Assembly: GCA_964057225.1 (NCBI GenBank)
Contig: OZ059895.1
Coordinates: 2,232,001-2,296,000, forward strand
Direction of reading: 5' to 3'
Length of the DNA: 64,000 nucleotides
From: Auanema rhodensis
Lineage: Eukaryota > Animalia > Nematoda
A program made the position numbers and the translations under genes. Shown here one piece after another: positions 37,401 to 51,300 of this stretch; position 1 is the first letter of the stretch; the number at the start of each line of letters is the position of its first letter. The notes beneath the pieces were generated by a model. It was given only the letters and a program-made list of their open reading frames with translations, ran no database searches and was not told where the DNA came from.

Positions 37401-40400
37401 ATTTTTAAGCTGCGTCGATCTGTGTTATCAGATTTGCGCTAGCTTAAAAATGCACCGAGATATCAACTGATATAAGTTCACACTTATATCCTCGATTTTC
37501 ACCCTGAAGAATTGATTTTTTCGTTGAATAACATTGTCTATCGTCTTTGCCTTGAAAAATGGAATCTAAAAACATCTACTTTTTGCTAAATTATTTTGAA
37601 ATTTTTCGAAAAAATTTTTGTCAAAATGTTTTTGGAAGCAATGTTGAGTGTACATGGAAACTCAACATACACTAATGCATCATTTTTCAAACAATCATAA
37701 CTAATTTTTGTATTAAGCGTTTCTCAATGTAGTATAGTGCATTCGAATCGGATTTTTAAGCTGCGTCGATTTGTGTTATCAGATTTGCGCTAGCTTAAAA
37801 ATGCACCGAGATATCAACTGATATAAGTTCACACTTATATCCTCGATTTTCACCCTGAAGAATTGATTTTTTCGTTGAATAACATTGTCTATCGTCTTTG
37901 CCTTGAAAAATGGAATCTAAAAACATCTACTTTTTGCTAAATTATTTTGAAATTTTTCGAAAAAATTTTTGTCAAAATGTTTTTGGAAGCAATGTTGAGT
38001 GTACATGGAAACTCAACATACACTAATGCATCATTTTTCAAACGATCATAACTAATTTTTGTATCAAGCGTTTCTCGATGTAGTATAGTGCATTCGATGC
38101 GGATTTTTAAGCTGCGTCGATCTGTGTTATCAGATTTGCGCTAGCTTAAAAATGCACCGAGATATCAACTGATATAAGTTCACACTTATATCCTCGATTT
38201 TCACCCTGAAGAATTGATTTTTTCGTTGAATAACATTGTCTATCGTCTTTGCCTTGAAAAATGGAATCTAAAAACATCTACTTTTTGCTAAATTATTTTG
38301 AAATTTTTCGAAAAAAGTTTTGTCAAAATGTTTTTGGAAGCAATGTTGAGTGTACATGGAAACTGAACATACACTAATGCATCATTTTTCAAACGATCAT
38401 AACTAATTTTTGTATCAAGCGTTTCTCAATGTAGTATAGTGCATTCGATGCGGATTTTTAAGCTACGTCGATCTGTGTTATCAGATTTGCGCTAGCTTAA
38501 AAATGCACCGAGATATCAACTGATATAAGTTCACACTTATATCCTCGATTTTCACCCTGAAGAATTGATTTTTTCGTTGAATAACATTGTCTATCGTCTT
38601 TGCCTTGAAAAATGGAATCTAAAAACATCTACTTTTTGCTAAATTATTTTGAAATTTTTCGAAAAAATTTTTGTCAAAATGTTTTTGGAAGCAATGTTGA
38701 GTGTACATGGAAACTCAACATACACTAATGCATCATTTTTCAAACGATCATAACTAATTTTTGTATTAAGCGTTTCTCAATGTAGTATAGTGCATTCGAT
38801 GCGGATTTTTAAGCTACGTCGATCTGTGTTATCAGATTTGCGCTAGCTTAAAAATGCACCGAGATATCAACTGATATAAGTTCACACTTATATCCTCGAT
38901 TTTCACCCTGAAGAATTGATTTTTTCGTTGAATAACATTGTCTATCGTCTTTGCCTTGAAAAATGGAATCTAAAAACATCTACTTTTTGCTAAATTATTT
39001 TGAAATTTTTCGAAAAAATTTTTGTCAAAATGTTTTTGGAAGCAATGTTGAGTGTACATGGAAACTCAACATACACTAATGCATCATTTTTCAAACGATC
39101 ATAACTAATTTTTGTATTAAGCGTTTCTCAATGTAGTATAGTGCATTCGATGCGGATTTTTAAGCTGCGTCGATCTGTGTTATCAGATTTGCGCTAGCTT
39201 AAAAATGCACCGAGATATCAACTGATATAAGTTCACACTTATATCCTCGATTTTCACCCTGAAGAATTGATTTTTTCGTTGAATAACATTGTCTATCGTC
39301 TTTGCCTTGAAAAATGGAATCTAAAAACATCTACTTTTTGCTAAATTATTTTGAAATTTTTCGAAAAAATTTTTGTCAAAATGTTTTTGGAAGCAATGTT
39401 GAGTGTACATGGAAACTCAACATACACTAATGCATCATTTTTCAAACAATCATAACTAATTTTTGTATTAAGCGTTTCTCAATGTAGTATAGTGCATTCG
39501 AATCGGATTTTTAAGCTGCGTCGATTTGTGTTATCAGATTTGCGCTAGCTTAAAAATGCACCGAGATATCAACTGATATAAGTTCACACTTATATCCTCG
39601 ATTTTCACCCTGAAGAATTGATTTTTTCGTTGAATAACATTGTCTATCGTCTTTGCCTTGAAAAATGGAATCTAAAAACATCTACTTTTTGCTAAATTAT
39701 TTTGAAATTTTTCGAAAAAATTTTTGTCAAAATGTTTTTGGAAGCAATGTTGAGTGTACATGGAAACTCAACATACACTAATGCATCATTTTTCAAACGA
39801 TCATAACTAATTTTTGTATTAAGCGTTTCTCAATGTAGTATAGTGCATTCGATGCGGATTTTTAAGCTACGTCGATCTGTGTTATCAGATTTGCGCTAGC
39901 TTAAAAATGCACCGAGATATCAACTGATATAAGTTCACACTTATATCCTCGATTTTCACCCTGAAGAATTGATTTTTTCGTTGAATAACATTGTCTATCG
40001 TCTTTGCCTTGAAAAATGGAATCTAAAAACATCTACTTTTTGCTAAATTATTTTGAAATTTTTCGAAAAAATTTTTGTCAAAATGTTTTTGGAAGCAATG
40101 TTGAGTGTACATGGAAACTCAACATACACTAATGCATCATTTTTCAAACGATCATAACTAATTTTTGTATTAAGCGTTTCTCAATGTAGTATAGTGCATT
40201 CGATGCGGATTTTTAAGCTGCGTCGATCTGTGTTATCAGATTTGCGCTAGCTTAAAAATGCACCGAGATATCAACTGATATAAGTTCACACTTATATCCT
40301 CGATTTTCACCCTGAAGAATTGATTTTTTCGTTGAATAACATTGTCTATCGTCTTTGCCTTGAAAAATGGAATCTAAAAACATCTACTTTTTGCTAAATT

Positions 40401-43400
40401 ATTTTGAAATTTTTCGAAAAAATTTTTGTCAAAATGTTTTTGGAAGCAATGTTGAGTGTACATGGAAACTCAACATACACTAATGCATCATTTTTCAAAC
40501 AATCATAACTAATTTTTGTATTAAGCGTTTCTCAATGTAGTATAGTGCATTCGAATCGGATTTTTAAGCTGCGTCGATTTGTGTTATCAGATTTGCGCTA
40601 GCTTAAAAATGCACCGAGATATCAACTGATATAAGTTCACACTTATATCCTCGATTTTCACCCTGAAGAATTGATTTTTTCGTTGAATAACATTGTCTAT
40701 CGTCTTTGCCTTGAAAAATGGAATCTAAAAACATCTACTTTTTGCTAAATTATTTTGAAATTTTTCGAAAAAATTTTTGTCAAAATGTTTTTGGAAGCAA
40801 TGTTGAGTGTACATGGAAACTCAACATACACTAATGCATCATTTTTCAAACGATCATAACTAATTTTTGTATCAAGCGTTTCTCGATGTAGTATAGTGCA
40901 TTCGATGCGGATTTTTAAGCTGCGTCGATCTGTGTTATCAGATTTGCGCTAGCTTAAAAATGCACCGAGATATCAACTGATATAAGTTCACACTTATATC
41001 CTCGATTTTCACCCTGAAGAATTGATTTTTTCGTTGAATAACATTGTCTATCGTCTTTGCCTTGAAAAATGGAATCTAAAAACATCTACTTTTTGCTAAA
41101 TTATTTTGAAATTTTTCGAAAAAATTTTTGTCAAAATGTTTTTGGAAGCAATGTTGAGTGTACATGGAAACTCAACATACACTAATGCATCATTTTTCAA
41201 ACGATCATAACTAATTTTTGTATTAAGCGTTTCTCAATGTAGTATAGTGCATTCGAATCGGATTTTTAAGCTGCGTCGATTTGTGTTATCAGATTTGCGC
41301 TAGCTTAAAAATGCACCGAGATATCAACTGATATAAGTTCACACTTATATCCTCGATTTTCACCCTGAAGAATTGATTTTTTCGTTGAATAACATTGTCT
41401 ATCGTCTTTGCCTTGAAAAATGGAATCTAAAAACATCTACTTTTTGCTAAATTATTTTGAAATTTTTCGAAAAAATTTTTGTCAAAATGTTTTTGGAAGC
41501 AATGTTGAGTGTACATGGAACCTCAACATACACTAATGCATCATTTTTCAAACGATCATAACTAATTTTTGTATCAAGCGTTTCTCGATGTAGTATAGTG
41601 CATTCGATGCGGATTTTTAAGCTGCGTCGATCTGTGTTATCAGATTTGCGCTAGCTTAAAAATGCACCGAGATATCAACTGATATAAGTTCACACTTATA
41701 TCCTCGATTTTCACCCTGAAGAATTAATTTTTTCGTTGAATAACATTGTCTATCGTCTTTGCCTTGAAAAATGGAATCTAAAAACATCTACTTTTTGCTA
41801 AATTATTTTGAAATTTTTCGAAAAAATTTTCGTCAAAATGTTTTTGGAAGCAATATTGAGTGTACATGGAAACTCAACATACACTAATGCATCATTTTTC
41901 AAACAATCATAACTAATTTGTGTATTAAGCGTTTCGCAATGTAGTATAGTGCATTCGATGCGGATTTTTAAGCTGCGTCGATCTGTGTTATCAGATTTGC
42001 GCTAGCTTAAAAATGCACCGAGATATCAACTGATATAAGTTCACACTTATATCCTCGATTTTCACCCTGAAGAATTGATTTTATCGTTGAATAACATTGT
42101 CTATCGTCTTTGCCTTGAAAAATGGAATCTAAAAACATCTACTTTTTGCTAAATTATTTTGAAATTTTTCGAAAAAATTTTTGTCAAAATGTTTTTGGAA
42201 GCAATGTTGAGTGTACATGGAAACTCAACATACACTAATGCATCATTTTTCAAACGATCATAACTAATTTTTGTATTAAGCGTTTCTCAATGTAGTATAG
42301 TGCATTCGAATCGGATTTTTAAGCTGCGTCGATTTGTGTTATCAGATTTGCGCTAGCTTAAAAATGCACCGAGATATCAACTGATATAAGTTCACACTTA
42401 TATCCTCGATTTTCACCCTGAAGAATTGATTTTTTCGTTGAATAACATTGTCTATCGTCTTTGCCTTGAAAAATGGAATCTAAAAACATCTACTTTTTGC
42501 TAAATTATTTTGAAATTTTTCGAAAAAATTTTTGTCAAAATGTTTTTGGAAGCAATGTTGAGTGTACATGGAAACTCAACATACACTAATGCATCATTTT
42601 TCAAACGATCATAACTAATTTTTGTATTAAGCGTTTCTCAATGTAGTATAGTGCATTCGAATCGGATTTTTAAGCTGCGTCGATTTGTGTTATCAGATTT
42701 GCGCTAGCTTAAAAATGCACCGAGATATCAACTGATATAAGTTCACACTTATATCCTCGATTTTCACCCTGAAGAATTGATTTTTTCGTTGAATAACATT
42801 GTCTATCGTCTTTGCCTTGAAAAATGGAATCTAAAAACATCTACTTTTTGCTAAATTATTTTGAAATTTTTCGAAAAAATTTTTGTCAAAATGTTTTTGG
42901 AAGCAATGTTGAGTGTACATGGAACCTCAACATACACTAATGCATCATTTTTCAAACGATCATAACTAATTTTTGTATCAAGCGTTTCTCGATGTAGTAT
43001 AGTGCATTCGATGCGGATTTTTAAGCTGCGTCGATCTGTGTTATCAGATTTGCGCTAGCTTAAAAATGCACCGAGATATCAACTGATATAAGTTCACACT
43101 TATATCCTCGATTTTCACCCTGAAGAATTAATTTTTTCGTTGAATAACATTGTCTATCGTCTTTGCCTTGAAAAATGGAATCTAAAAACATCTACTTTTT
43201 GCTAAATTATTTTGAAATTTTTCGAAAAAATTTTCGTCAAAATGTTTTTGGAAGCAATATTGAGTGTACATGGAAACTCAACATACACTAATGCATCATT
43301 TTTCAAACAATCATAACTAATTTGTGTATTAAGCGTTTCGCAATGTAGTATAGTGCATTCGATGCGGATTTTTAAGCTGCGTCGATCTGTGTTATCAGAT

Positions 43401-44500
43401 TTGCGCTAGCTTAAAAATGCACCGAGATATCAACTGATATAAGTTCACACTTATATCCTCGATTTTCACCCTGAAGAATTGATTTTATCGTTGAATAACA
43501 TTGTCTATCGTCTTTGCCTTGAAAAATGGAATCTAAAAACATCTACTTTTTGCTAAATTATTTTGAAATTTTTCGAAAAAATTTTTGTCAAAATGTTTTT
43601 GGAAGCAATGTTGAGTGTACATGGAAACTCAACATACACTAATGCATCATTTTTCAAACGATCATAACTAATTTTTGTATTAAGCGTTTCTCAATGTAGT
43701 ATAGTGCATTCGAATCGGATTTTTAAGCTGCGTCGATTTGTGTTATCAGATTTGCGCTAGCTTAAAAATGCACCGAGATATCAACTGATATAAGTTCACA
43801 CTTATATCCTCGATTTTCACCCTGAAGAATTGATTTTTTCGTTGAATAACATTGTCTATCGTCTTTGCCTTGAAAAATGGAATCTAAAAACATCTACTTT
43901 TTGCTAAATTATTTTGAAATTTTTCGAAAAAATTTTTGTCAAAATGTTTTTGGAAGCAATGTTGAGTGTACATGGAAACTCAACATACACTAATGCATCA
44001 TTTTTCAAACGATCATAACTAATTTTTGTATCAAGCGTTTCTCGATGTAGTATAGTGCATTCGATGCGGATTTTTAAGCTGCGTCGATCTGTGTTATCAG
44101 ATTTGCGCTAGCTTAAAAATGCACCGAGATATCAACTGATATAAGTTCACACTTATATCCTCGATTTTCACCCTGAAGAATTGATTTTTTCGTTGAATAA
44201 CATTGTCTATCGTCTTTGCCTTGAAAAATGGAATCTAAAAACATCTACTTTTTGCTAAATTATTTTGAAATTTTTCGAAAAAATTTTTGTCAAAATGTTT
44301 TTGGAAGCAATGTTGAGTGTACATGGAAACTCAACATACACTAATGCATCATTTTTCAAACGATCATAACTAATTTTTGTATCAAGCGTTTCTCGATGTA
44401 GTATAGTGCATTCGATGCGGATTTTTAAGCTGCGTCGATCTGTGTTATCAGATTTGCGCTAGCTTAAAAATGCACCGAGATATCAACTGATATAAGTTCA
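28430..44500. repeat. Large imperfect tandem duplication: about 21-monomer block (about 28430-35800) followed by an internally expanded copy (about 35800-44500)
   Basis: Rare markers recur in the same order: GGATTCTA 28789/36160 (+21 units), TGCCCCG 29381/36752 (+21), AAAGTTTTG 30244/38317 (+23), GGAACCTC 32395/41521 (+26) and 34150/42925 (+25). Confidence 0.85.
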
Positions 44501-45199
44501 CACTTATATCCTCGATTTTCACCCTGAAGAATTAATTTTTTCGTTGAATAACATTGTCTATCGTCTTTGCCTTGAAAAATGGAATCTAAAAACATCTACT
44601 TTTTGCTAAATTATTTTGAAATTTTTCGAAAAAATTTTTGTCAAAATGTTTTTGGAAGCAATATTGAGTGTACATGGAAACTCAACATACACTAATGCAT
44701 CATTTTTCAAACAATCATAACTAATTTTTTTATCAAGCGTTTCTCAATGTAGTATAGTGCATTCGATGCGGATTTTTAAGCTGCGTCGATCTGTGTTATC
44801 AGATTTGCGCTAGCTTAAAAATGCACCGAGATATCAACTGATATAAGTTCACACTTATATCCTCGATTTTCACCCTGAAGAATTAATTTTTTCGTTGAAT
44901 AGCATTGTCCATCGTCTTTGCCTTGAAAAAGGAAATCTAAAAACATCTACTTTTTGCTAAATTATTCTGAAATTTTTCGAAAAAATTTTTGTCAAAATGT
45001 TTTTGGAAGCAATGTTGAGTGTACATGGAAACTCAACATACACTAATGCATCATTTTTCAAACGATCATAACTAATTTTTGTATCAAGCGTTTCTCAATG
45101 TAGTATAGTGCATTCGATGCGGATTTTTAAGCTGCGTCGATCTGTGTTATCAGATTTGCGCTAGCTTAAAAATGCACCGAGATATCAACTGATATAAGT

Positions 45200-48100
45200 T
45201 CACACTTATATCCTCGATTTTCACCCTGAAGAATTAATTTTTTCGTTGAATAGCATTGTCCATCGTCTTTGCCTTGAAAAAAGAAATCTAAAAACATCTA
45301 CTTTTTGCTAAATTATTCTGAAATTTTTCGAAAAAATTTTTGTCAAAATGTTTTTGGAAGCAATGTTGAGTGTACATGGAAACTCAACATACACTAATGC
45401 ATCATTTTTCAAACGATCATAACTAATTTTTGTATCAAGCGTTTCTCAATGTAGTATAGTGCATTCGATGCGGATTTTTAAGCTGCGTCGATCTGTGTTA
45501 TCAGATTTGCGCTAGCTTAAAAATGCACCGAGATATCAACTGATATAAGTTCACACTTATATCCTCGATTTTCACCCTGAAGAATTAATTTTTTCGTTGA
45601 ATAACATTGTCCATCGTCTTTGCCTGGAAAAATGGAATCTAAAAACATCTACTTTTTGCTAAATTATTTTGAAATTTTTCGAAAAAATTTTTGTCAAAAT
45701 GTTTTTGGAAGCAATGTTGAGTGTACATGGAAACTCAACATACACTAATGCATCATTTTTCAAACAATCATAACTAATTTGTGTATTAAGCGTTTTTCAA
45801 TGTAGTATAGTGCATTCGATGCGGATTTTTAAGCTGCGTCGATCTGTGTTATCAGATTTGCGCTAGCTTAAAAATGCACCGAGATATCAACTGATATAAG
45901 TTCACACTTATATCCTCGATTTTCACCCTGAAGAATTAATTTTTTCGTTGAATAACATTGTCCATCGTCTTTGCCTGGAAAAATGGAATCTAAAAACATC
46001 TACTTTTTGCTAAATTATTTTGAAATTTTTCGAAAAAATTTTTGTCAAAATGTTTTTGGAAGCAATGTTGAGTGTACATGGAAACTCAACATACACTAAT
46101 GCATCATTTTTCAAACAATCATAACTAATTTGTGTATTAAGCGTTTTTCAATGTAGTATAGTGCATTCGATGCGGATTTTTAAGCTGCGTCGATCTGTGT
46201 TATCAGATTTGCGCTAGCTTAAAAATGCACCGAGATATCAACTGATATAAGTTCACACTTATATCCTCGATTTTCACCCTGAAGAATTAATTTTTTCGTT
46301 GAATAACATTGTCTATCGTCTTTGCCTTGAAAAATGGAATCTAAAAACATCTACTTTTTGCTAAATTATTTTGAAATTTTTCGAAAAAATTTTTGTCAAA
46401 ATGTTTTTGGAAGCAATGTTGAGTGTACATGGAAACTCAACATACACTAATGCATCATTTTTCAAACAATCATAACTAATTTGTGTATCAAGCGTTTCTC
46501 AATGTAGTATAGTGCATTCGATGCGGATTTTTAAGCTGCGTCGATCTGTGTTATCAGATTTGCGCTAGCTTAAAAATGCACCGAGATATCAACTGATATA
46601 AGTTCACACTTATATCCTCGATTTTCACCCTGAAGAATTGATTTTTTCGTTGAATAACATTGTCTATCGTCTTTGCCTTGAAAAATGGAATCTAAAAACA
46701 TCTACTTTTTGCTAAATTATTTTGAAATTTTTCGAAAAAATTTTTGTCAAAATGTTTTTGGAAGCAATGTTGAGTGTACATGGAAACTCAACATACACTA
46801 ATGCATCATTTTTCAAACGATCATAACTAATTTTTGTATTAAGCGTTTCTCAATGTAGTATAGTGCATTCGAATCGGATTTTTAAGCTGCGTCGATTTGT
46901 GTTATCAGATTTGCGCTAGCTTAAAAATGCACCGAGATATCAACTGATATAAGTTCACACTTATATCCTCGATTTTCACCCTGAAGAATTGATTTTTTCG
47001 TTGAATAACATTGTCTATCGTCTTTGCCTTGAAAAATGGAATCTAAAAACATCTACTTTTTGCTAAATTATTTTGAAATTTTTCGAAAAAATTTTTGTCA
47101 AAATGTTTTTGGAAGCAATGTTGAGTGTACATGGAAACTCAACATACACTAATGCATCATTTTTCAAACGATCATAACTAATTTTTGTATTAAGCGTTTC
47201 TCAATGTAGTATAGTGCATTCGAATCGGATTTTTAAGCTGCGTCGATTTGTGTTATCAGATTTGCGCTAGCTTAAAAATGCACCGAGATATCAACTGATA
47301 TAAGTTCACACTTATATCCTCGATTTTCACCCTGAAGAATTGATTTTTTCGTTGAATAACATTGTCTATCGTCTTTGCCTTGAAAAATGGAATCTAAAAA
47401 CATCTACTTTTTGCTAAATTATTTTGAAATTTTTCGAAAAAATTTTTGTCAAAATGTTTTTGGAAGCAATGTTGAGTGTACATGGAAACTCAACATACAC
47501 TAATGCATCATTTTTCAAACAATCATAACTAATTTGTGTATTAAGCGTTTTTCAATGTAGTATAGTGCATTCGATGCGGATTTTTAAGCTGCGTCGATCT
47601 GTGTTATCAGATTTGCGCTAGCTTAAAAATGCACCGAGATATCAACTGATATAAGTTCACACTTATATCCTCGATTTTCACCCTGAAGAATTAATTTTTT
47701 CGTTGAATAGCATTGTCCATCGTCTTTGCCTTGAAAAAAGAAATCTAAAAACATCTACTTTTTGCTAAATTATTCTGAAATTTTTCGAAAAAATTTTTGT
47801 CAAAATGTTTTTGGAAGCAATGTTGAGTGTACATGGAAACTCAACATACACTAATGCATCATTTTTCAAACGATCATAACTAATTTTTGTATCAAGCGTT
47901 TCTCAATGTAGTATAGTGCATTCGATGCGGATTTTTAAGCTGCGTCGATCTGTGTTATCAGATTTGCGCTAGCTTAAAAATGCACCGAGATATCAACTGA
48001 TATAAGTTCACACTTATATCCTCGATTTTCACCCTGAAGAATTAATTTTTTCGTTGAATAACATTGTCCATCGTCTTTGCCTGGAAAAATGGAATCTAAA

Positions 48101-51100
48101 AACATCTACTTTTTGCTAAATTATTTTGAAATTTTTCGAAAAAATTTTTGTCAAAATGTTTTTGGAAGCAATGTTGAGTGTACATGGAAACTCAACATAC
48201 ACTAATGCATCATTTTTCAAACAATCATAACTAATTTGTGTATTAAGCGTTTTTCAATGTAGTATAGTGCATTCGATGCGGATTTTTAAGCTGCGTCGAT
48301 CTGTGTTATCAGATTTGCGCTAGCTTAAAAATGCACCGAGATATCAACTGATATAAGTTCACACTTATATCCTCGATTTTCACCCTGAAGAATTAATTTT
48401 TTCGTTGAATAACATTGTCCATCGTCTTTGCCTGGAAAAATGGAATCTAAAAACATCTACTTTTTGCTAAATTATTTTGAAATTTTTCGAAAAAATTTTT
48501 GTCAAAATGTTTTTGGAAGCAATGTTGAGTGTACATGGAAACTCAACATACACTAATGCATCATTTTTCAAACAATCATAACTAATTTGTGTATTAAGCG
48601 TTTTTCAATGTAGTATAGTGCATTCGATGCGGATTTTTAAGCTGCGTCGATCTGTGTTATCAGATTTGCGCTAGCTTAAAAATGCACCGAGATATCAACT
48701 GATATAAGTTCACACTTATATCCTCGATTTTCACCCTGAAGAATTAATTTTTTCGTTGAATAACATTGTCTATCGTCTTTGCCTTGAAAAATGGAATCTA
48801 AAAACATCTACTTTTTGCTAAATTATTTTGAAATTTTTCGAAAAAATTTTTGTCAAAATGTTTTTGGAAGCAATGTTGAGTGAACATGGAAACTCAACAT
48901 ACACTAATGCATCATTTTTCAAACAATCATAACTAATTTGTGTATCAAGCGTTTCTCAATGTAGTATAGTGCATTCGATGCGGATTTTTAAGCTGCGTCG
49001 ATCTGTGTTATCAGATTTGCGCTAGCTTAAAAATGCACCGAGATATCAACTGATATAAGTTCACACTTATATCCTCGATTTTCACCCTGAAGAATTGATT
49101 TTTTCGTTGAATAACATTGTCTATCGTCTTTGCCTTGAAAAATGGAATCTAAAAACATCTACTTTTTGCTAAATTATTTTGAAATTTTTCGAAAAAATTT
49201 TTGTCAAAATGTTTTTGGAAGCAATGTTGAGTGTACATGGAAACTCAACATACACTAATGCATCATTTTTCAAACGATCATAACTAATTTTTGTATTAAG
49301 CGTTTCTCAATGTAGTATAGTGCATTCGAATCGGATTTTTAAGCTGCGTCGATTTGTGTTATCAGATTTGCGCTAGCTTAAAAATGCACCGAGATATCAA
49401 CTGATATAAGTTCACACTTATATCCTCGATTTTCACCCTGAAGAATTGATTTTTTCGTTGAATAACATTGTCTATCGTCTTTGCCTTGAAAAATGGAATC
49501 TAAAAACATCTACTTTTTGCTAAATTATTTTGAAATTTTTCGAAAAAATTTTTGTCAAAATGTTTTTGGAAGCAATGTTGAGTGTACATGGAAACTCAAC
49601 ATACACTAATGCATCATTTTTCAAACGATCATAACTAATTTTTGTATTAAGCGTTTCTCAATGTAGTATAGTGCATTCGAATCGGATTTTTAAGCTGCGT
49701 CGATTTGTGTTATCAGATTTGCGCTAGCTTAAAAATGCACCGAGATATCAACTGATATAAGTTCACACTTATATCCTCGATTTTCACCCTGAAGAATTGA
49801 TTTTTTCGTTGAATAACATTGTCTATCGTCTTTGCCTTGAAAAATGGAATCTAAAAACATCTACTTTTTGCTAAATTATTTTGAAATTTTTCGAAAAAAT
49901 TTTTGTCAAAATGTTTTTGGAAGCAATGTTGAGTGTACATGGAAACTCAACATACACTAATGCATCATTTTTCAAACAATCATAACTAATTTGTGTATTA
50001 AGCGTTTTTCAATGTAGTATAGTGCATTCGATGCGGATTTTTAAGCTGCGTCGATCTGTGTTATCAGATTTGCGCTAGCTTAAAAATGCACCGAGATATC
50101 AACTGATATAAGTTCACACTTATATCCTCGATTTTCACCCTGAAGAATTAATTTTTTCGTTGAATAACATTGTCTATCGTCTTTGCCTTGAAAAATGGAA
50201 TCTAAAAACATCTACTTTTTGCTAAATTATTTTGAAATTTTTCGAAAAAATTTTTGTCAAAATGTTTTTGGAAGCAATGTTGAGTGAACATGGAAACTCA
50301 ACATACACTAATGCATCATTTTTCAAACAATCATAACTAATTTGTGTATCAAGCGTTTCTCAATGTAGTATAGTGCATTCGATGCGGATTTTTAAGCTGC
50401 GTCGATCTGTGTTATCAGATTTGCGCTAGCTTAAAAATGCACCGAGATATCAACTGATATAAGTTCACACTTATATCCTCGATTTTCACCCTGAAGAATT
50501 GATTTTTTCGTTGAATAACATTGTCTATCGTCTTTGCCTTGAAAAATGGAATCTAAAAACATCTACTTTTTGCTAAATTATTTTGAAATTTTTCGAAAAA
50601 ATTTTTGTCAAAATGTTTTTGGAAGCAATGTTGAGTGTACATGGAAACTCAACATACACTAATGCATCATTTTTCAAACGATCATAACTAATTTTTGTAT
50701 TAAGCGTTTCTCAATGTAGTATAGTGCATTCGAATCGGATTTTTAAGCTGCGTCGATTTGTGTTATCAGATTTGCGCTAGCTTAAAAATGCACCGAGATA
50801 TCAACTGATATAAGTTCACACTTATATCCTCGATTTTCACCCTGAAGAATTGATTTTTTCGTTGAATAACATTGTCTATCGTCTTTGCCTTGAAAAATGG
50901 AATCTAAAAACATCTACTTTTTGCTAAATTATTTTGAAATTTTTCGAAAAAATTTTTGTCAAAATGTTTTTGGAAGCAATGTTGAGTGTACATGGAAACT
51001 CAACATACACTAATGCATCATTTTTCAAACGATCATAACTAATTTTTGTATTAAGCGTTTCTCAATGTAGTATAGTGCATTCGAATCGGATTTTTAAGCT

Positions 51101-51300
51101 GCGTCGATTTGTGTTATCAGATTTGCGCTAGCTTAAAAATGCACCGAGATATCAACTGATATAAGTTCACACTTATATCCTCGATTTTCACCCTGAAGAA
51201 TTGATTTTTTCGTTGAATAACATTGTCTATCGTCTTTGCCTTGAAAAATGGAATCTAAAAACATCTACTTTTTGCTAAATTATTTTGAAATTTTTCGAAA
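45200..51300. repeat. 7-monomer duplication followed by a nested 4-monomer duplication; boundaries approximate
   Basis: ATTCTGAA occurs at 45318 and 47775 (+2457 = 7 units) with the same succession of monomer types. GTGAACATG occurs at 48883 and 50287 (+1404 = 4 units). Confidence 0.85.
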
